Below are positions 51,563 to 58,618 of a stretch of DNA of 58,618 nucleotides, in pieces. The notes under the pieces are model-generated. The model did no database searches and was not told where the DNA came from. It was given only the letters and a program-made list of their open reading frames with translations. Within the stretch, counting starts at the first letter, position 1. Each line of letters opens with the position of its first letter. Made by a program: the position numbers and the translations under genes. Location of the stretch: positions 23,052,667-23,111,284 of the forward strand of contig NC_068993.1 in the NCBI RefSeq assembly GCF_001194135.2, read 5' to 3'. The stretch comes from Octopus bimaculoides. Its lineage: Eukaryota.

Positions 51563-51784
51563 GAGCAACAAGAGTCAGCACATTCTTCCCTCACACATCA
51601 AGGTTGTCATTTGCAACTATACAGACGTGTGCTTCAGAGATCTGCGCAAAAATATTTTTTGGTAACTTGTGCGTTAAACGTTATTAACCCATTTAATTAA
51701 GCTGTAATTAGCAGAACCATATGCACGCGCACCAATAGCGGTGGGCAACTCTGTATACGATTCTGATGATTACGGTACATTACA

Positions 51785-51847
51785 AATCAGGCTGATGAGG
51801 AATAGACAAATGGTAAGAATTTGTTAAATCCGAAACTAGTTCCTATT
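51785..51847 (+). ncRNA. Type I minimal hammerhead ribozyme motif with complete core
   Basis: AATCAGG-CTGATGA-GGAATAGACAAAT[GGTAAGA]ATTTGTTAAATCC-GAAAC-TA-GTT-CCTATT. G10.1-C11.1 pair, palindromic stem III ACTAGT, GUU triplet, stem I AGG/CCT plus AAT/ATT. Confidence 0.75.
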
Positions 51848-51958
51848 TAATAATGCTTTTTTAGGTGATTTTAAATGTCTTGCCCGCACACGTTTTTGGT
51901 ATGCTGCTATATTTCATGTTGAGAACAATTTAGGTCTTAATAGACACAAGATGTGATC

Positions 51959-51990
<32 letters not shown>

Positions 51991-52860
51991 NNNNNNNNNN
52001 NNNNNNNNNNNNNNNNNNNNNNNNNNNNNNNNNNNNNNNNNNNNNNNNNNNNNNNNNNNNNNNNNNNNNNNNNNNNNNNNNNNNNNNNNNNNNNNNNNNN
52101 NNNNNNNNNNNNNNNNNNNNNNNNNNNNNNNNNNNNNNNNNNNNNNNNNNNNNNNNNNNNNNNNNNNNNNNNNNNNNNNNNNNNNNNNNNNNNNNNNNNN
52201 NNNNNNNNNNNNNNNNNNNNNNNNNNNNNNNNNNNNNNNNNNNNNNNNNATATATATTATATGTATATATATATGTAAATATATATAAATATATATATAC
52301 ATATATATATATGTATTATATATGCATATTATTATATACACCTATATATTCACATATGTATGTGTGTGTGTGTGTGTGTGAAATGTATATACATTATTCA
52401 GGTATGCATTTATGTCAGAGGGAAAAGGGAAGAGAGATAGTATAACAAATATCTTATAATAATTTAAGAGTCATGACGTACCTGTAGTTATTTAAAATTA
52501 AAATTTTAAAATTAAAGCCTTTGCAATAATATAAAAGATGTAGCTATATAAAAACAAATACTTATTTGTACTGAATCATATATCGAACACAATTGTGCAG
52601 TCTTCTTCGTGTAATCTCTCGAGAGCTATGGAAGTATTATATTCACACATACCTATACGGCCTACACACAAACATACAAACATAAATGTACACTCAACTA
52701 TCTATCTATGTGTGCGTATATATACGTATATATGTATGAATATAAACATGTCTACCCACAATCAGAGAGACACACGCACACACATACACGCATATATATA
52801 TTGATAGAAAGGACAACAAAAGAAAGAAAGAGACCTCGATATTATGTAAATAGAGGAATT

Positions 52861-53078
52861 TATCTGTAAAAATATGTGACAATTATTCAGTAGCCATGAT
52901 AAAACTCCGAGCTTTAGATGCCGGGGTGGATAGCCACGCCGCCATCTCTTCAGTTATCTAGCTATTGAAAATTCTGGCCAGATAACTGAAGAGATGTTGG
53001 CGTGGGGTTCCGTCCTGGCATCCGAAACTCGGAGTTTTATGATCGGTACCGAATAATTGTCACATATTTTTACAGATA
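52861..53078. mobile_element. 218-bp foldback palindrome (hairpin MITE)
   Basis: 99-bp arms (52861-52959 and 52980-53078) are 84/99 identical with no indels; 20-nt loop; TA at both ends. Confidence 0.85.
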
Positions 53079-53821
53079 TATATAGATATCACAACATATA
53101 AATTTGTATATGTGTATAAATCTGTGAAGGAGTATATGCATATACATACATATATTTGTGTGGAAATATGGAAACAGAGAAAACAAAGTGCAAGAGAAAG
53201 ATATGGGTATGTATGTTAGTGTGTCTCTATTTTCTGCTATAAAATATATAAATAAAATCTTAACATTTGCGCAAAATCTCACTAACACAGTCAGATCTCT
53301 CTAAATGAACATCAATGGAGACAAGCACACATGCATATTGATGGTTACAGCTATTCAAACTGCGCATCATCAAACACAGTAAATATCAATGTAAAGCACT
53401 ATATTGTACATTTCTCAATATGTTATAAACTTCGGAAACTGCGGATGGATGATAATTGTTTTCTGTTTGATAACGTATATGGGAGATGGAAAGAAAGAAG
53501 CAAAAAGAAGCATTAAAGTTCATAGTTCAACTTGCCAATGTTATAGAAACCACAGCATGAAACCAGAGCATGAGTTCCGCTATTCAAGTTTATATAATCG
53601 TTCACAGTAATAATAATAATTATTGTAATAATAGACCTGATTGAGCCACAATAGTGCGAAGAGAAACTGTTGTTAGATGAGATAATGCCTTTTTTGTTAT
53701 CAATAAATAATAATTGATATTTATCAATTATCAATGTTCTCTCCATTTTCTTATTTTTCCTGATCATATAATTAACTGCTTCACCAGTATTTTCTTTTAA
53801 GTATAGCCATATATATATATA

Positions 53822-53986
53822 TACCCTATTGGATGCTGAAAAGTTCCTGGATCAGTTAATTACGATTTCATTCAATATATTCCTCTCTCAAATTCACACA
53901 CTTATTGCAGCGGAACTTTAGATCTCTGACGATTCGGTCTCTTTCGCGATTCCGTTAAGTCCAGGAACTCTTCAACGCCCCTCGTA
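53822..53986. mobile_element. Mariner-derived MITE
   Basis: GGATGCTGAAAAGTTCCTGG / CCAGGAACTCTTCAACGCCCCTCG inverted termini flanked by TA. Confidence 0.7.
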
Positions 53987-54232
53987 CACACACACAAACA
54001 AACACACAGAAGTCATAATTAACGTCTCGATGTAAATTTGAATATAAAAAAATTTAATTCGCGTTTGGGTTATATACCAAGTAGCGTGCCGGCAAAGCAC
54101 ATTCACTATTTACGTCTACCCGGCGTCATCCACGGAAACTACACAGTCCTCGCTGAATCAATGGCTATACGTTAGAAATTCTTCAGTCCACGTTGAGTAG
54201 AAACAATTGATACGTACGATAGTATATACTGG

Positions 54233-54269
<37 letters not shown>

Positions 54270-55309
54270 AATATTACTTCCAATAATTCATAAGAAACAA
54301 GGTCCGTCAGCATAGAGGGCGCCACTAATTAGCTAGGTAGAGTCATAAAGGGCAATCAGTGAATAATCCATGGTACTTTATTTGTGTAATTCTCAATTCT
54401 ATTTAGTGTACAGTGATGCGATTCATAGTCGAATCCTTGATTTCGCTTCAACTATAATAAATATGAGATGGATGGCGTTAAAGTTTACAACAATTGTTTC
54501 GCTAGAAATTTATTATGCACTCAGAGCAGATTGAATCATATTACATATACTTACATCTCCTGAAGCGTGACATAAATTTAAGGAGCCATTTCTGTTCTCA
54601 GCAGCATGTGTTAGTGAAGTCTTGAAAATGAACGCCAGTCCACCAAAAACAAGTTCAAGAGCGGTAAATCAATTGAGTATAGTCAACAAGGGGAAGAGGT
54701 GTGAGAGAGAATACGAACCTGACAGAAAAATAATTTGGAGAAGCAAGATTTATAAAGACACATAGGTGACTGGCTTCTTGTTAACCGCTCCTCAAACAAC
54801 ATCAAATGATTTAGGTCCTTTCAATGGAAACAAGCATGCCACTTAACTTAAATTACATATATATATAAAAATGATAAGTAATATAAAAATAGAATATTAA
54901 AATAATGAAAAAGTAATAATACTAGCACACACAGAAAAGAAATCAGCCGCCTTTCATCCACATTCAGACGTTCACATGTAAATACACATATACAGATAAA
55001 TACATATAAACATGTAAACGTATACACAGACAACACATACCAGTATGTTTATACAGACATATTCCGACACAGATATAAATGTAACATTATAGACCCATAT
55101 TTGGCACTTAATATAAAGGAAATAGAATATTCCTATATGTGATTTGTAGTATATGTGCATAACTCTATGTAATTTAATGATTTTTTGCTTTATATTTCAT
55201 CAAAGGAGCGCGTAGACTTTTCATTGCATGTTCTTGTATATATGCATAGATAGGTGAGTGTGTGAATTATACATATGTAGAGTTATGACATTTTGACAGC
55301 TTAATGACT

Positions 55310-56400
55310 CTAATCAAAATGCAATGACCAATTTTCTAAATGTAGTGTTTTCTTCATTTTCGTTTTTTAGTTTAACAGCTTCTTTGATAGTCGATCTGTA
55401 AATACCAGATTGGGGAATAGTCTTGACACTGACATTGATTCCATCTTGAGATAATTGTCGACAAATTGGTGCTGCTTTTTGGGTTGATAACTTCGAAGAT
55501 ATTACTAACTTGGTTGCAGTTCCAGTTTTGCTATACTTCCTCCTTGTTTGTGTGGATTCTTCATCTGATTTTTCGAACTCTTGATATTCACTTTCATTCT
55601 CTGCTTCAGACGTTGACGATGATATTGGAGTTGCTCTGGTTAAAACTGGCATTAAGGACAATTTTCTTCTTTCCGATGGATGGATAGTTTTGGAACTGTC
55701 TGCCTTTCCAGTTGCATAGAAAACATGATCCTTGCTTTCAATTTGAAGATAATATAACCTTCTATTCTCATGTCACAGTCATTCCCCCTTTTCCTTTGTG
55801 ATGTCAAACATTCCTTTCAATGAATCGTATTTTCCTAGTTTTACGCATTTATCTACTTTTGCTTCTACATTTTGAATTGGTAAATATGGGAAATTTAATT
55901 TCTTTTGCTATAAAAAATTTACTTCTTTCAACATTTCCTTTGTTCTTCTTTTCCTTGCATTGATGGTACCTCCAAGGAACAGGTAGCAACAATTAGAAGT
56001 TCCATTGGTATCCTGCAGTTGTTTTCCAAAGAATGCTTTACTAGAGGAACGGGTCTTCTTTTACTATGTGAGTTTTGAAATTCGTCCAGATATTTTGTTT
56101 GTTTGAGTGACACAAGCACTTCTCTTATGAGACGTTATTTTATATACTCTAGTTGGATAAACCTACTATTCTGAAAATAGTTAATATAATCAGAATGTTT
56201 AGCTCACACAAATAAAAAGGAGAGGAAGGGGATATTTCCTAAAGTGGTAACACGGTAAAAACTCTATAACTCCTAAAGGACTCAAACTTGAAAGCTGAAA
56301 TTTGAGATATACTGCTTCTGTATTGCATTAATTCAGCACACTAAGTTTGGTGAAAATTTAGGTAGGCATTATGAATTTTGCATGATTTGGATCAAAAGTG
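55310..56400 (-). mobile_element. 5' fragment of a DNA-transposon transposase (hAT-like, tentative)
   Basis: Broken frames: MFDIT..LYYLQIESKDHVFYATGK..TIHPS, then ORF 55314-55661 RKYSKTGTATKLV..KLSTQKAA.ICRQLSQDGI..PQSGIYRS. Superfamily assignment is from memory only. Confidence 0.5.
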
Positions 56401-56558
56401 GTGTTAGATTTCTTAAGTGTGCGTGTGTGTGTGTGTGGGGGGGGGGTGCTATTTCCCTACTTATATGAATTTGTTCATTGACTTTTTGATACAATAAATT
56501 GTTTACTTCCAAAAAGAGCAAAGAATCATAACCCTAATGTACATACCTACAAACGGGA

Positions 56559-56596
<38 letters not shown>

Positions 56597-56758
56597 GGCA
56601 GTGGCTGTGTATATATACATATATGTGTTTGTACGTTTGTGTATGTAAATATATAAATACATATGGATGTCTATGTGAATATATGTTTCTATAAGTGTGN
56701 NNNNNNNNNNNNNNNNNNNNNNNNNNNNNNNNNNNNNNNNNNNNNNNNNNNNNNNNNN

Positions 56759-56791
<33 letters not shown>

Positions 56792-57449
56792 GCGTATACT
56801 GACTTACACGTGTCTGTATCTTCGTGTGTGTGTGTGTGTGTGTGTGTGCATCTAAACGCATTCGTATATATGTGGACTGTGAATAAGTCTATACAATTAT
56901 ACATGTTTAGCTGTATTTATTGTGTATACATATATATGTAATTGTACGACTGTGTGTGAATCTAGAGTCTGCCAATGACATAAGGAGAGGGGTGGTGGGA
57001 ACTGCTGATTGCTGTGTGTGCTAGTATTATTATTATTTCAGTATTCTTATTTATTTCTATTTTATTAGTATTCTTATTCTTATTCTTATTTTAGTATTAC
57101 CTTAGTATTCTATTTGTTTATTTTATTATTTATAGCCTTTTTATGTATCAGTAAATTAAGTTAAACGGAATGCGTTGTCCAAATCGTGTGCTGTGTAGTT
57201 TGATGCGCGTTTAATATGACCGCTGACGCTTATTTGTCTTTATTAGTCTTACTACTCTCTCTTATCTTTGTGTTGTACGGCAAATCAAATTTACATCCTC
57301 TATCACTCTATTTCTCCATGCACTCGGTACTTTATTGGTTGACAGCTCTTGAACACATCCACTTGTTTTTTTTTTATATATTGCTATTCATTTATAAAAC
57401 TTCAGTAGCTGATAACCGAAGAAATATTTTACTAAGTTTATGTTAGCCT

Positions 57450-58459
57450 GAAGAACTCAAAATACACGTAATATGATATAATATTACCATGCTCTTCGTG
57501 TTTCAGATCAGGGATCTTCAGGCCACTGTCGGGAATGTTCTCTCCTTAAACAAAAACAAAAAATCATTCTCGATGGTCATTCATTCTCAAAACAGGCGAG
57601 CTTTTCCAACACAATGCTGACAAATCCATCAGTACTCTTTTTAATCATCTCTGAGTCCAAACCACTAGAGATAAGTCACAGAAAAACATCAGCAATAAAT
57701 TCTATGTTATGAGAATCGAACAACTGATGTCTAATAAACCCGGAAGAATCGGGCGTGTGGCCCGTCAATCCGTCAAAGCGCTTGCTAAACCGAAGTACTC
57801 CGAAGAGCTGCCATGCTCTGGATCTTCTCAAATGAGAATTTTGTCCAAGATCAAAATGTGAGCAGGAGGATTGACAGATGCTTCTGCAACAGACAGACTT
57901 GATTCTTCACTGTTATGCACATCAAGAACTCATATCTTTTGCGGTCTCGTGGGTTGTCAGAAATAAGGGCCATGTCTTGCCTGCTCACTATATCTCGCGA
58001 GACCATTGAGTCAATGAAGCAGGCCATATCAAAACAAGGAAATGGTTGTCGTTATCTGGTTTGAGAGAATTATTCGAAGGAGTTGGTATGTGTTACAGCA
58101 ATACTCTGCGCCCGCTCACTCAGTCTGTAAATTCCAGAAAAGTATGGGTGAAAATGTTCATGATTATGGTACATTTGGGATTCAAGCTCTCCTTATATAA
58201 GCCCCTCTGGACCACAACGTATTAGTGAAAGTACCACAATTGTTCCGAAAATATAAAAGGCTATATGCTAGCTGTATTGGGCAGCTTATGACCAAAATGA
58301 ATAAAGATCACCTTATCAACACTTTTAGTCCTTTCAGAGTTCGTCTAGTGGCATCAATTGAGGTCAATGCTGGATAAATTCTATACAATTTATCTCTTTT
58401 TCTCATATATATTTTGTTTACCTTAACTTAAAATTTTATTCTCAAATATCTGATACACC

Positions 58460-58462
<3 letters not shown>
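57450..58462 (+). mobile_element. Decayed Tc1/mariner (maT/DD37D-like), same family as 3410 and 7699
   Basis: FSNENFVQDQNVSRRIDR, VVRNKGHVLPAH, YVLQQYSAPAH and FRVRLVASIEVNAG. Right TIR CTCAAATATCTGATACACCCT is the inverse of the 7699 terminus. Confidence 0.8.
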
Positions 58463-58528
<66 letters not shown>

Positions 58529-58618
58529 CACACACACACACACATACACACACACACATATATTTATATATATACATGCACACATACATATATACATACA
58601 TAGCTGTTATCCATCAAC

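Noticed and set aside
54306-54326. CTCF-like core AGAGGGCGCCA
   Set aside because: The 5' half of the motif fits poorly, and one short match in 58 kb is expected by chance.
54480-54530. GAAAC-AATT-GTT palindromic stem III on the minus strand
   Set aside because: There is no upstream CUGANGA in register.
5481-56941. ORF-track entries with poly-X, YIYI, HTHT, CVCV, SSSS or IIII runs
   Set aside because: They are translations of N gaps and di/trinucleotide microsatellites, not genes.
1-58618. CRISPR arrays, rRNA, tRNA genes or prokaryotic systems
   Set aside because: There are no regularly spaced repeat-spacer arrays, rRNA-like blocks or operon-like gene density; tRNA-like bits are SINE heads.

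Overview
This is a 58.6-kb AT-rich eukaryotic draft-assembly window with many N gaps, most of them bordered by (TA)n tracts. It looks like intergenic or intronic DNA of a metazoan, probably a cephalopod such as Octopus (inferred from the CORE-type SINE family and very dense microsatellites). I found no intact host protein-coding gene; most ORF-track entries are microsatellite or N artefacts, or antisense frames of decayed transposons. The window is a mosaic of degenerate mobile DNA: Tc1/mariner transposons and MITEs, RTE and R4/Dong-type LINEs, a LINE ORF1 relic, tRNA-derived SINEs, Helitron-like termini and a hAT-like fragment. The least obvious signal is a set of five dispersed type I minimal hammerhead-ribozyme motifs with palindromic stem III, of the kind known from Penelope-like elements and retrozymes. 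They lie at 12618, 23719 (minus strand), 35001, 47737 and 51785; two have an essentially complete core. Also notable are an RTE LINE with twin-priming-like 5' inversion geometry, tandem R4/Dong elements ending in (AAT)n, and two long hairpins. All calls were made by eye, with no database search.
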